Shown piece by piece: positions 24,146 through 36,719 of a stretch of DNA of 64,000 nucleotides. Made by a program: the position numbers and the translations under genes. The number at the start of each line of letters is the position of its first letter. Positions within the stretch are counted from its first letter, which is position 1. Source of the stretch: Vicugna vicugna (Eukaryota); contig MU058337.1 of NCBI GenBank assembly GCA_013265495.1, forward strand, positions 498,001 through 562,000. Direction: 5' to 3'. The notes beneath the pieces were generated by a model, which made no database searches, had not been told where the DNA came from, and worked only from the letters and a program-made list of their open reading frames with translations.

Positions 24146-24200
24146 CAGAGAGAGAGAGAGAAAAGAGGGAGAGAGAGAGAGAGGGAGAGAGAGAGACAAG
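24146..24200 (+). repeat. (GA)n microsatellite
   Basis: Interrupted GA dinucleotide run of about 55 nt. Confidence 0.95.
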
Positions 24201-24312
24201 AAACGGGAGGAGGGGATAAGGAAATTAAACCCTTTAAGTCAATGCATATTGTGGTGACACCGGCACAGGAGCCCTCACGGTGGAGTCGGCCAGGGCTGTG
24301 CGTTCCCAAAAT

Positions 24313-25215
24313 ATGACCAGGGGTGCTTGGATGTGTCGGCAGTATGACGACGGCTTAAAAATCTGGTTGGCAGCACCCCGGGAGAACGAGAAACCGTTCA
24401 TCGATTCAGAGAGGGCTCAGAAATGGCGACTGTCTCTGGCATCTCTCTTGTTTTTCACAGTCCTGCTCTCTGATCACTTGTGGTTCTGCGCCGAGGCCAA
24501 GCTGACCCGGGCCCGGGACAAGGAGCAGCAGCAGCAGCAGCGGCAGCAGCAGCAGCGACAGCGGCAGCAGCAGCAGCAGCAGCAGCGGCAGAGGCAGCAG
24601 GAGCCCTCCTGGCCCGCGCTCCTGGCGAGCATGGGGGAGTCCTCGCCCGCCGCCCAGGCACACAGACTCCTCTCCGCCTCCTCGTCCCCCACCCTGCCCC
24701 CCTCCCCGGGAGACGGCGGCGGCGGCAAGGGCACCCGAAGCAAAAACAACCGGGGCAAGGCTCTTTTTCTAGGAAACTCTGCCAAACCTGTGTGGCGCCT
24801 GGAGACTTGTTACCCCCAGGGCGCCTCCTCGGGCCAGTGCTTCACGGTGGAGAGCGCGGACGCCGTGTGCGCCAGGAACTGGAGTCGGGGGGCGGCGGCC
24901 GGGAGGGAGGAGCAGCAGGTGAGGGGGACGCAGCCAGCTCCTCTCTGGAACTTGTCGGATTTTTACCTTTCGTTTTGTAATTCCTACACACTTTGGGAGT
25001 TATTCTCGGGGTTGTCCAGTCCCAACACTTTGAACTGTAGTCTGGATGTGGTGCTCAAGGAGGGCGGTGAGATGACCACTTGCAGGCAGTGCGTCGAGGC
25101 TTACCAAGACTACGACCACCACGCTCAGGAGAAGTACGAAGAGTTTGAAAGCGTGCTCCATAAATATTTGCAGTCGGAGGAGTACTCGGTGAAATCGTGT
25201 CCTGAGGACTGTAAG
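24313..25215 (+). CDS. NALF1: NALCN channel auxiliary factor 1 (FAM155A), coding exon 1 (301 codons, phase-0 donor); gene continues beyond the window
   Basis: The translation [63 protein letters not shown]..poly[68 protein letters not shown] is recognisably FAM155A/NALF1. Homology ends exactly at the donor AAG|GTAGGA (25215/25216). Confidence 0.97.
24526..24600 (+). repeat. NALF1: Coding CAG repeat (polyQ interrupted by Arg)
   Basis: 25 codons: Q5 R Q4 R Q R Q7 R Q R Q2. Confidence 0.95.
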
Positions 25216-28200
25216 GTAGGAACAGTGGTTTTATCCTCCCCCAATTTTGCGCTTTTCTATCTCTGTGTGTTTGGTTGGGGTGTCTTCTGGAGTTTTAAAA
25301 TAGTTTTTGGACTCTGGTTTTGTTACTTCAACCGTTGTTTTGTGGTTGTAAGAGCTTGACTTGCTGCTTCATTTGGGACTAAATCATGGATTGCTGGTGC
25401 ACAGGTGCCTTCCTCAGGGAATCCTTGGAAGATCAGGAAGACCAGGGTCTTCCCAGATAATAAAGCCCGTGCTTTAACTCTCTTAAAGCTATGAAGTTGG
25501 TTCAAACTCTGTTACCTTTTTTTAAAAAAATGGAATTTGAGTGAAGTTTGTTAGTAAGGCAGTGATGGGACTGCGTACTGATGACCCCCGCTAAAATCAG
25601 AAGAGTCAGAGATGTGCATTTATGATCTGGGTTATGGACTTGGACACAAAAACTCTCTCATAGTGACATCATTTTGCTGGTTGACCAAAGGGACAAGAGA
25701 AAGTGTTTGTGGTTCTTTATGTAGGAGGAACAAAAAAGCATTTTACTTGTTTTACTGGGATATTTCTGGCTGTTTGGAAAGTCTGGGGGTCTGCCTAAGT
25801 GTATTTACTCACATAAGTTTCCTGTGTTCTCTTAGAAATCTGCAGAAACTCACTATGAGTATAAAGTTTTAATTAAGTATCTGGTGATCAATGATCAATG
25901 TTAGGTAATTTATCAGACACCTTACGTAATTAGCTTGAATTTTCAGAATGCTCTCCAGAAGTACTAATTGGCAAATGCTTGATGCTATGAATGAAAAATA
26001 CTGAACTCTTTAATAACATATATTATATTCAACCTCTTCCAGTTGGACATAATAATAGCTATAATCCTTGCTGATTCACAAAGGAGAAATGTATGCAAAT
26101 TTCGTAATAAATGGCTAATGCAACCACGGGTGCCTGTCCTGGTAGAAGTGTTGCTGTCCGTGGTGCTGAAGCGAGATTTGTTCAAGAGCTCTGTTGAAGA
26201 TGAAGATACTGCAGTGACCTTTTAGAAGGGAAGAAATGATGACAGAATCTCAGTAAGCCTTCAGCCTTAATGTTTTGTTCCAAAGGCACTTTCTTAAACA
26301 ATTCAATAAAACAATATTGCTTTTCAAAACAAATAATACACCACATTCTCTTTCTTCCTCTTCACCACTCCCTCAGCCTCCCCAAAGAAACCCAACAATT
26401 GTCCCTCTTTTGCCTCACTTGCTTTGTACTGAGGAAGTGTAAGCAAGGGCAGCATGGATCAAAGGATTTTGTGATGCTTTGGCAAGAGAACTGGCCTATG
26501 GGATATCTACTTAAAGTGAACATAGTTCAAGGGCTATATTTCACTTTGGATTGATTAGTTATGCTTTCGACAATTAAGCTAAACTCAAACTAAACTTGCT
26601 TTGCCAACATTCTTTAAGACCAGAAACATATATTCTTTGCAAGTAGTAATATTGAGTTTACAAAATTAATTTAGAACACTACTTTATTAGATAAATGGAT
26701 TTTAACTTTCTTACATATTTTTCTTAACCTTATCCTTGTAAGTCATGCCTTGGGGTTAAACTTAATCTTAATGATAGAAGTTAATAATGAATGACTAGTG
26801 TATTTATTGCATAGTTTATTTATTTTGACAAGATACATTGCACCAGAATTGTAAAGGGAAGGATACTGACTTATCTGCTAATTTCACTGCTAATAAAAAG
26901 CTTGCAAGGGTTTCAGTGTATTTATGTTTGAAAGTGACCCCTTGAAATTATTTGTATTTGCTTGCTTCTTTTAATGTAAACTAATAGAAATTTCTAGTAA
27001 TTCCAATTTGAATAGATTCAGTATTTAAAAGATAGTCCGCATTGTCAAAGGACTACATCACATTTTCAAATGAGCATGTCAAATACATTTTGTTTAAATA
27101 TTGAAGTTTTAAATATATATATAAATGTTTATTTTTCCCGTGACCTGAAATAATTAGCAACTTTATACTTATATCATCATAGCTATAAAGTATAGTGTGG
27201 GTTAAACTACTTGTAGTATTATGAACTACTTCTGGATTGTGTTTTCATATAAAGTAGTAGTTGTATACACAATAGCACATTATAAAAATCTTAACTCCTT
27301 TTTAGGAACATTTTTTCACATTGAAAAGTGAACACAGACTGTTTTTTTATCCGCAAGATTTATTACCTGTGATGTCTTGTAGCTATTTCTTGGTTGGTTG
27401 TTTGTCAGTTGGAAATGCTTGAAACATTAGTTCTACAATAACTGTTTTCAAACAGTTTCAAATTTTAGGTGTGGGGGTAGGGTGTTCAGTGTTCTTGGTT
27501 GATAACTCACAAATCTGTTGATTAGCTCCTTAGCTTAATATGTAATTCTTTTATGATTCTGCAAAACCACAAACACATCCATATACAAAGTATATTACAT
27601 ATCTTAAAATACTACTTGTAGTTTTTAAAGAATGTGTCTGAATTTCTTTCTAAACACTTTTACTTATTTCAAATATACTTACAATTATGTAATGATGACT
27701 GTCATCAGGGGCATCATTCAAGATATAGTCCACAAAATTTTCCACATTTTAAGGTAACAACAAAGTCTTAGGCTACATTAAAAGTAAATGTATTATATTT
27801 CCAGAATTGGTAATGTAGTCATAAAAAATCCAATTTAACAGTTTATTAAATATATTTATAAAATTAATAGACAGGGGAATACAGGTAACCATATTAGTTA
27901 TGCAAATTATTAGAATTCATATTTTAGAAGAAACAGTTTAACTTTATCATACCCATCTATAATTAAATGATTAATGTGGTGATTTCTGACTTTTAAAAAT
28001 TAGGACAAATTGTTACTTTAAGTTTTATAATCTCCCCCATTAAAAAAATGATATTTTCCATATATGCATAAAATTAAAATGAATTAAATTTAATTTTTAT
28101 TTAACTTGATTTAAGGCTTTTGGCCCATTATACTGAAAAAAAAAAACCCTTAATATTGATCAAATCCAATCATATTGTCTTGGGCCCAGAGTAACTGGAG

Positions 28201-30062
28201 ATCAAATTCAGTTTGTATTTACTTTAGTAAAACTTTATTTGTAACATATAATAGAAATCATTTGCATCCAAGGGTATTTTTTAATATTCAGAGAAATAGC
28301 TGTTTTAATTTTTAAAGTAAATATACACCTTTATCTGAAAAGTAATTTATAGTAAAATAAAGAACAAGAACTTTTGCATCTATCATTCAAGCTGCTATAT
28401 TACATAAATCAAGTAACCAAAATTATGATAATAATTTTTCTCTGGAGTTTGCAGTGCTATTCAAAATAATGTTTTTGATGTGTAATAAGGATCTGATGAA
28501 TCTGTGTAAATCTTCAAGTTGGCTGGTAATATTAAAAAATGGAATATTCTAAACTACAAAATTGCATATATATATTATTAACATGCCTGAATTTTTACTT
28601 AGATTTTTTTTCTTAAATATGCCATTGTTTAGCTCCCAAGTATTCTTGAAATTACATATTATAAACCTGAGATATTTAGAGAATATAATTTTCTATGTTA
28701 ACAGGTAAATTTTATTACTAATAGTTTTATTGACTTACTATTCCTTAAGACAGATGGTTAGGGAAAGCACTTTTAAGATTAGATTCTAACATAAATCATT
28801 ACATCATTTGTGTTTTAGTTCTCTCAAAATAGATTCTAATCTTTATACTCTCAAGAATGTACACATTCTTATATTTCTATTTTATAATCTTATATTAAAG
28901 CAAATTATACTGTCTATTTTTATTTAACAGACAATGACCAAAAGAATACTCTGCCGATGTTAGGCAAGTATAACATTCGTGATATTCAGCGTTTTCTGTT
29001 TTGTTTGCAGGAATCACTCAGAAATATTAACTATTTTAAGAACATAGAATTTGGGTTATATAATATGCAATTAAAAAAAAGCCATTTCTTAAGTTTTTAT
29101 TTCTTTTGATGTCAGACACTATAGATTCTTAAAAATAGTTTTTTTAAGGAAATAAAATATCTAATAATTCTTTCCACTTAAATACTGAATATAAAATATT
29201 ATTTTGCTGTTAATTGGTTAAGTGCTCTTGTACATATTTTGACACTGTTAGAGTGTGGAGTGCATCTGCAAATAGATCTCTTTTATATTCTACCACTTTA
29301 TTATTTTCAAGTCATATTTTCATATTTGCTTCTCTGCAAAATTGAACAGTCAAACCTTCAGATAATCACTTTAACCATTAATACGCCTGTTGTAATGTCA
29401 AAGCCACTATTATAACCATTTTTATGGCCCAGATTTTTATTTTTCATATTTTTGCTCCATATGTAACTACTGATTTGTAATCTATGTTTTATTTTCATAG
29501 GAAAAACACCCCAAATTTTATCTTTATATATACTGCTGCTTTTTTTTCACATTTAAAAAAAATTTTATTTTATGCTGTTGCTGTATAAACCAAAAAAGTT
29601 TTTTTTTTTTTTTTTTACTTTGGACTTGTAACTGGGTCAAATTAGTAGCTATATAGGGCATAACCACAAAGTTTTAATAATTGCTGTTATACATTGATTT
29701 TATTCACTTTAATTAGATGAGATTGGTGTCTGAGTATGCAGGGTGAATTAAAATATGAAGAAAAGAAAATCAAATAATGTTCTCAATCTCATGCTCTCCC
29801 ACATATAAATCATAATCCATTAAGATACATTTTCATACTAGATTGAATACACAAGAACAAATATACAGATAACTATTTTAAACAAAATTCTATTTTAGTT
29901 TTAATTATGTGATCTGTTGCTTTAATTTTAATTCCCAGTTTTCCTTTTAATCTTAATCTTGTATGTCGACCTCTCAATGTCTAGGCACCGAACATGTCAT
30001 TATTTGTTTGTATTGATTTACACTGCAAAGATATTTCTTAAATATTAGTAAATGTTTACTGT

Positions 30063-30227
30063 AGATCACTAGTCCTTGGGGGGATCACATTAAAATATCC
30101 TGTGAATATTTGAAAACACCCCCAGTCCCAAGAGATTCTGATTTCATTGGTTTGGCTTGTGTCATTAGCTTGGGATCTTCCAGTTTCCCTGATGATGTGC
30201 AGCCAAGGTTGATAACCACTGTTCTAG
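30063..30227. mobile_element. MER5A/B-like MITE
   Basis: CCCAAGAGATTCTGATTTCATTGGTTTGG..GATGTGCAGCCAAGGTTGATAACCACTG. Confidence 0.7.
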
Positions 30228-31899
30228 TTGACAGTGACAACCAAAGTGGAAGGACTCATTAGCTCCTGTCCCTCAGTAATACATAATAATCTCATTTGTT
30301 CAACTGATAAGGATGGAACTTAATTTTTTTTTAAGTGATAAAGGCTACAGGACATAGCTAGAGGGCAGGGGAGTAAATGTGAAGTGACTAGCGGCCAAGG
30401 AAGTAGATGAGAAGTGAACTAACTGAGTGCAGGGTTTAGGGGATGTGCCAGGAGAGGAGGTGGAGAGAAGGAGGACGATGCATAGAGGGCCAGAGTTTCA
30501 AACATTCAAGGACAGGCTTATGGGCTGTGGGTTTTCTGTCTGTTAGCCAGAACCGAGTCAATATCCTGGGGATCAGTAGACTGAGCACATGAGTGCAGAA
30601 GGTAGATGGTTGTCTTTGTGGGACTGATCAACTATTTGATTAGAGGAGCCTCAGTTTCCTTATTTTTGTCTCTGATTTTAGCTTATATAAATGGCTAAAA
30701 TTTAGACTTTTTCAAAAGTATGAGTTTGTTTTAAGTGGAAACATTTTGGTTTTTCATAGTATTTCACATGGTTTGCGTCTATTCTTTCTTCACCTGTTCA
30801 CTTTACTAAACCTAGGAAATTACTAATTCTTTTTCTCTTTTCTTTTTCATTATAATGATGAGCCATGTTTCCTTTTATACTTATTTCTGTCATACTGGGA
30901 CAACTAGTTGACATTCATACAGTTGTTTTTGAAGATTCAGGCTTCTAAATAGGTAGAGATTACTGCCACACTTATTTAGGAATTCATTTTAAAAGAATCT
31001 TATCATTGCTCCATATTGAAGTGATTGTAAAATCAGTCATATTTAGTTTTTAAAAGTTTAGATTACAAGATGCTGTGAAGCACTAAATTTAAGTTTTATC
31101 TAATAAGAAATTGAATATTACAATCCAAATAATGAAATTTCATTAATAAAATGTTTTAATTAACTCTGATTCTTTAAAATGGAAACAAGAGATAGTTAAC
31201 ATTTGTCTTTCTTTGGTAATAAATAGTTAATGATTTATATTATGTATTGTAGTAGAATGCATGAAAATATTTACTTCTTGGGTGTTTGAAATATTAAAAG
31301 GTAATAGGTGATTTCCCCTCCCTTGGTAGTTTGTTTCTACACATAGTCATCTATTGAAAAAAAAGTTATAAGTGCTACCACGGATGGTAAAAACACTCCT
31401 GCAAAAAGTAAAAGTTTACTGTGTGTTTAAATACAGTTATTGATCTTAGCAGTAGCAGTAGTGTATCTACACATATATGTGATGGGTGAATGTAATAATG
31501 ATTTCTGTGGAAATACATGGGGATTTTATATGTCAGCTGCTCTGCCCTCCATGAGAAGGAAATCATGCTCTCATCAAAACTGAGTCTTCAACCCTTGGAT
31601 TCCTCTTCTTCCTGTCAGTGTGCCTTCTTGCTCCCATATGGCTGAATCCTCTCTTGGCCTCTGGAAGTTTCACTCCCAGGGCCTGTGTCCCATAGGAGAC
31701 CCAAAGTTCAGAAGTCTTTCTTCTCTGCATCTCCACTGCCATCAAAAATGATCAGTCTTTCTCCTACTGAACTGTGACTGACTTAGTTTATTTGAAAGGA
31801 AAATTGAACTAAGATTTAAATGGATGCTCATGACGATGTATTAGCTTTCTCAGAAGTTGACTTGAATCACTCAGAAGTTTAAGTGCTGGAACGAGCTTC

Positions 31900-32070
31900 A
31901 GTAGTAGCTAACAAGCTTTAGAGTTTGTTACAAGTCAGAAACTAGTCTAATTTATTTAAGCTTCACATCAACTTTATAAAATAAGTACTATCACAGATTT
32001 TACAGATGAGTAAAGTGAGGACATAGAGTTAATCATTCCAAGGTCAAACAGTTGGGTAGTGTTAAAGATC
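31900..32070 (-). mobile_element. MIR SINE
   Basis: Antisense core ATTTTACAGATGAGTAAAGTGAGGACATAGAGTTAA..CCAAGGTCAAACAG. Confidence 0.7.
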
Positions 32071-32669
32071 AAGTCCACTTCCTCGCTTTATGGTATTTTC
32101 TTTCTCTCTTTCATTATGAGCATTACAATCATTACAAAGAATGAAGAGATTAGTACAATAAATCCGTACAAAAAAGGTAGTTTAGTACAAAAAAGGTAGA
32201 TTTAACACTTGTTAAAAATCTTGCCATATTTACTTCTTTTTAGTTTGAATTTATCAGTTAAAACATTTTATAGATGACATAGCAAGCTAAGATGACAGGG
32301 GTTTGGGAGTCCTGGACAGCTGGAATAAATGGCTGGGAATTCCAGGTTTATCATTTCAAAGTCTTAGGAAAAGATAGAGATATGAATGAATGGAATGACT
32401 ATCAGCAGAACACTTAGACTTCTGATTTCCATTTTAGAGCAGAGCAGAGGAAGGATGTCTATACAGTTTTGGAGGGAGGGAAGTAAACTTTGGATATCTC
32501 TGATAGTTTGTACCCTGAATTCATAAGTTAAAAAGATCCAATCACTTTTTGTTTATGATTTTTAAATAGCAGTCCCATTTTTATTTTCTCATTTTAAAAG
32601 ATGTTGAGTTTATTAGTTGATAATTGTGTGCATATTGCCTGACATCTATAACATTTAGTAATCTTAATA

Positions 32670-32780
32670 TTTATCTAATCTTTATTAATTGCTATAGGCT
32701 TTATCTTCAAAGATAGTCACATTGTGGGGGTCAGGACTTCAACATATGAATTTTTGGGAACATGGTTCCACTCATACATT
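32670..32780 (-). mobile_element. MLT1 LTR 5'-end fragment
   Basis: GTCACATTGTGGGGGTCAGGACTTCAACATATGAATTTTTGGGAACA. Confidence 0.65.
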
Positions 32781-33014
32781 GAATGAGGTACGTGTCAAGG
32801 GCTGTAGGAAATACCCCTGGAGAGATGTTAGTACTTAGTTGTGAAGAACCATGTTTCCCATGCTAAGGCCTTTGAGTTTCGTCCTTTGCATGATAAAATA
32901 TCAGAGAATAATTTTAGTCACGGAATTTACTTGGGATGATTTGTTTTTCTCAAAAATTAACCCTGGCAGCAATGTGCTAATAGGTTGGAAGAGGGAAAAG
33001 TGCTATCAGAAACT

Positions 33015-33090
33015 AAATTTTAAATTATATTTGATTTTAGTCTAAATTTAAATAGCCTCATGTGGCTAGTGGCTACCATGTTGGACAGAA
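33015..33090. mobile_element. MER3/MER33-like hAT-Charlie fragment
   Basis: AAATTTAAATAGCCTCATGTGGCTAGTGGCTACCATGTTGGACAG. Confidence 0.7.
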
Positions 33091-33099
33091 AATTCTAAA

Positions 33100-33930
33100 T
33101 GGCTATGATGGAAAAGAAAGCAAGATTTGGGAGACTTTTCTGAGTTCAAATTTACCAATTGATAAGCACAGAAGAGATTTGAGTCAAACTTTCTAAAAGG
33201 TGAGATTCTGGATGTAGTTCCCATTTAATGAGATAGGAAATACAGGAGGAAGAATAAATGGGGATTGAATTTGGTGAAAGAAACAGCAGTTCATTTTTGG
33301 AGATAATGCCATCAGGAGACAAGAGTAGATAGTATACCACATGAGGAGGGCGTTTGGGTGTGAAGTGTACTCTCTGCACGTAGTTTGATCCAGGAAGCTG
33401 TGGGCAGGGATTAGATAATTTATCACAAGCACATTCTGTGGAGAGAATGCCAAAGACGAACCCTGAGGAGGAACAACACTGATGAGCTTAGGCAGAGAAG
33501 GGACTAGGAACAGAGACTGAGAAGAAACAAAGAATGAAAGTGAAAATGGGACAAGAGGATGAGGGAGGTTGGAAGTGGGGAGAGGTGGGAGGGGGAGAGG
33601 CAGAGGCACAAGGAAAGGAGAGAGAGAATCATTAGAATGTGATCATCTGAACGGTATAGGGCAGAATTTTAAGAAAGTTGCAGAGTCAGTCAAGGGTGTC
33701 TTATGTTGCAGAAAGAACACGGAGGGTGAAGCCTAGAAATAGGTCACTGAGTTTGGCAATTAAGTCTTGTTGACCTTACAAGAGTAGTTCAATAGAGTGG
33801 TAGGAAGAGATGTCAAATTGTGATGGATTAAGGCATGTGTTGGAGTTAAGGAAATAAAAACTAGTCCAAAGTACTCTTCATTAAGTTTGGCGTTGAAAAG
33901 AAAAAGAGAATGGAAATAGTTGGAAAGAAG
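33100..33930 (-). mobile_element. L2 LINE fragment
   Basis: Purine-rich antisense L2 pattern: CCCATTTAATGAGATAGGAAATACAGGAGGAAGA, GAACCCTGAGGAGGAACAACACT, CACTGAGTTTGGCAATTAAG..TGACCTT..GTTCAATAGAGTGGTAGG. Confidence 0.75.
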
Positions 33931-34519
33931 TGAATTTAAAAAATTAATATTTTATGATGAAATAAGCTTTAGAATATTTGTAGCTTTTGATCTAGGACCT
34001 AAATGGGAGTATGAGATTGAAAGTACCACTTTCAGAAGAGACTAGTGAAGGTCTCAGATTCTAAAGAAGAGATAATAGGCTCTCATCTATTGCTTACTCT
34101 TGGAGAGGAAGGGAGGTTGTATCTTGCACACTGTGCTGTACATTTAAGATCCTTTTTTATGTTGTTTATATTTTAAACAGAAGCAGTCCTTTAATTTCAA
34201 GATTTTGGACAATAAGCACAATTATAATCTTGAATATTCTTAACTAAAGTAGAATCTTCATTTTCAAGTAATAGAAAATAATTATTGACTGTAAATGTGA
34301 AATCATCAGTAATTACATTATATGTGTAACTGTAAATTGTTTTCTTTAGGAATGTGCTATCCTGGGGTTCAATATTTAGAGAGTCAGTTGAATTAAATAT
34401 AAATATGGCTATCTCATTGTGTGTTTTCTTAAAAAACATTGATATGCTTCAGAGAAAGTTCTAAAAATAGAAATTAATTGTAAATCTAATAGAAAACTAT
34501 GGTAAAGTGATTAAAAGAA

Positions 34520-34710
34520 GTATTGAGGGTAGACTAGGTTCAACTCCTAGTTTCATCATTTATCAATTATATGGCATCATCCAAATTTCTTAAAATAGGG
34601 ATTCTAGCATCTGTCTTGTACGACAATTATGGGAAGAAATCAAAAGACTCCCATGCACATAAAAGTACCTAACCTAGGGCTTGATGACGCCCAGTAAATG
34701 GTAGCAATTC
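34520..34710 (+). mobile_element. MIR SINE (degenerate)
   Basis: AGACTAGGTTCAACTCCTAGTTTCATCATTTATCAATTATATG..TAAAATAGGGATT..CCAGTAAATGGTAGC. Confidence 0.55.
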
Positions 34711-35437
34711 ATTAAAACCGATGGAGAAAAAGTCATGAGAAAATCAGTAAAATTAATACAATCTCATCCAGTAAGCAACTCTCATTTATAACAGTTTTAT
34801 AAGCAGACTTTGCTTTTTGCCTGGTAAAATTCTCGGTTTTACTACATCTTCCTTCCTTCTGCTTCTCTAGAAAGGTGACTAAAGGTGATTCATAAGAATA
34901 AAACAGAAAACAAAAAATCAGCTGGAATGACAATGTTCCAGTCCTAAAGCTTGTTTTTTCCTCTGATTTTTCAGATTAAAAATTAACATGTTCTAGGTTT
35001 TAAACTGAGTGGATCCTCTTAGATTATGCAAAAGGACTGGAGCCCTTTTGTGGACAGATATTTTGGGGAAGACTAGTGGATAAACCATTGTAATGACCCT
35101 TCATCTCTTAGAAACCTATGGGTGAAAATAATCTTGGGGACAGTTCTTTGCTATGTAGTTGGTCAGGCATTGCAAAGTTTCATGTGCCTCCAGATTCCGT
35201 TTTAGAAGTTGGGGCCTTTGCTTTATATTTTGTTTTTGTTGTCCCTGTGATTTTCTGCTTTGTCCCATGTTTACACACTCTGCCACACCTCGTATTTTCA
35301 CTGACAGGGGAGTGAGAGGAAGTAGAGTAAAAGGTTGCCTCTGCATTTGAACTAGAGCTAGAAGACAAGGCAAACTTGGCCAGTCCGAGAGAGACAAGAC
35401 GGGGCGAAGCAGAGTAAGACTACAAGCTGTGCTCCAT

Positions 35438-35528
35438 GAATGAGAACATGATTGCCCTGAGAAAGAGAGGACACAGAATGAGAACATGATTGCCCTGAGA
35501 AAGAGAGGACACAGAAAGAGAGGACACA
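35438..35528 (+). repeat. Perfect 38-bp tandem duplication plus an extra 15-bp partial copy
   Basis: GAATGAGAACATGATTGCCCTGAGAAAGAGAGGACACA at 35438-35475 and 35476-35513, then GAAAGAGAGGACACA at 35514-35528. Confidence 0.95.
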
Positions 35529-35530
35529 GA

Positions 35531-35601
35531 TGAACACTGGAATTTGACACAACACTGTAAAATGATTATGAATCAATAAAAAATGTAAAAAAAAAAAAAA
35601 A
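35531..35601 (+). mobile_element. Very short young L1 3' stub with poly(A)
   Basis: TGAACACTGGAATTTGACACAACACTGTAAAATGATTATGAATCAATAAAAAATGT followed by an A run. It resembles the L1 tails at 13755 and 42400. Confidence 0.8.
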
Positions 35602-35682
35602 GAAAGACAGCACAGAAAGACAGAAAGGTTCTTAAACGTGATAAAAATTGTCATGTGGAAGGGGAGTCTTATTATCTAATAC

Positions 35683-35952
35683 TTTTTAAATTGAAGTATA
35701 TTTGATTTACAGTTTGTGTTAGTTTCTGGTGTACAGCATAGCAATTCAGTTATATATGTGTATATATATTTTTTCATATTCTTTTACATTACAGGTTATT
35801 ATAAGATATTGAATATAGTTCCCTGACCTATACAGTAGGACCTTGTTTATCTGTTTTTATATATAGTAGTGTGTATCTGCTAATCGCAAACTCCTCATTT
35901 ATCCCTCTCCTCTCCTTTCCCCTTTGGCAACTGTAAGTTTGTTTTCTATATC
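35683..35952 (-). mobile_element. Artiodactyl-type L1 3' end
   Basis: TTGAAGTATATTTGATTTACAG..GTTTCTGGTGTACAGCATAG..ATATTGAATATAGTTCCCTG..TATACAGTAGGACCTTG..CCCTTTGGCAACTGTAAGTTTGTTTTCTAT. Confidence 0.9.
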
Positions 35953-36719
35953 TAGTTTGGGTCTAGGGGTAAGAATGAGGCTCTATATGCAGGTGTTTTA
36001 GGAATATCTTTACTCTACATAAGGAAGAGTGATCTAGTAAAGGATAAAATGGAGCAGCCTGTCTGAGGAAATCAGGGGCACATGACTGCAGAAGATGTAC
36101 CAATGGAGCTGTCCGCTGTGACCCTCAAGGGCATCTTGCATGTGTGCTGCAGGTTGACCAGAAGATTGTATATACTCCATCCAAAGTCCTTTGGCATAAA
36201 ATGAGGCATCCAGAAGTGATAACTTTGCACAGTGAGATTGCACTATTTTCCTTTCCTGACACCTTGCTTATAGTAATAGTACTTTGCTTTTAAAAAAGAA
36301 AGTCTTGATGACTTCAACTTTAGATTATTTCTCTGGATCCAATTCACACTGTTATCAGTCTGGATAATTTTTAGAAAGAATGAATCAACTACATGTGCAT
36401 ATCCTGAGGAAATATAGGAACTGAGCTGGATTGATCTCTAAGTAAATTTTTTGTTACTGCTAATATCAAGAATAAATACTCATCCTTCTCTTCTAACCAC
36501 AAACATACCACTCACTTTTACAAACTGTCAAATAACCTGTTGAGCAAAGCAGGACTCAGCAACATGGGCAGGTTTAGAAAGAAAAGTGGGTCTGACCTTC
36601 CTCCAATGGCCTTGCAGCACTTTTTTCACACATGAATTTATCCTCACATCCAGTTCTGTGGGGATATTATCACTGGCAATAAAATCATTGTATAAAATTC
36701 CCACCTTCGTGGAATTTTA

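Larger units (their letters stand above)
22180..25215. promoter_or_regulatory. NALF1: CpG island(s) covering the NALF1 promoter, leader and coding exon 1
   Basis: GC and CpG density rise sharply over the AT-rich background, in two blocks (about 22180-22750 and 22970-25215). There is a YY1-type motif AAGATGGCGGC at 23454-23464. The TSS cannot be fixed from sequence alone. Confidence 0.85.

Noticed and set aside
24280..24312. 11-codon N-terminal extension of NALF1 in the ORF track
   Set aside because: It starts at GTG; the known protein starts at MTRGAW (ATG 24313).
24406..24980. Overlapping alternative-frame and antisense ORFs (poly-Ala, poly-Leu, poly-Cys)
   Set aside because: These are shadows of the CAG repeat and the GC-rich coding exon.
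33193..33609. 138-aa minus-strand ORF
   Set aside because: It lies within a decayed L2 fragment and has no independent coding signal.
35438..35528. Direct repeats of CRISPR-like length
   Set aside because: The units are adjacent with no spacers, there are no cas genes, and the context is mammalian.
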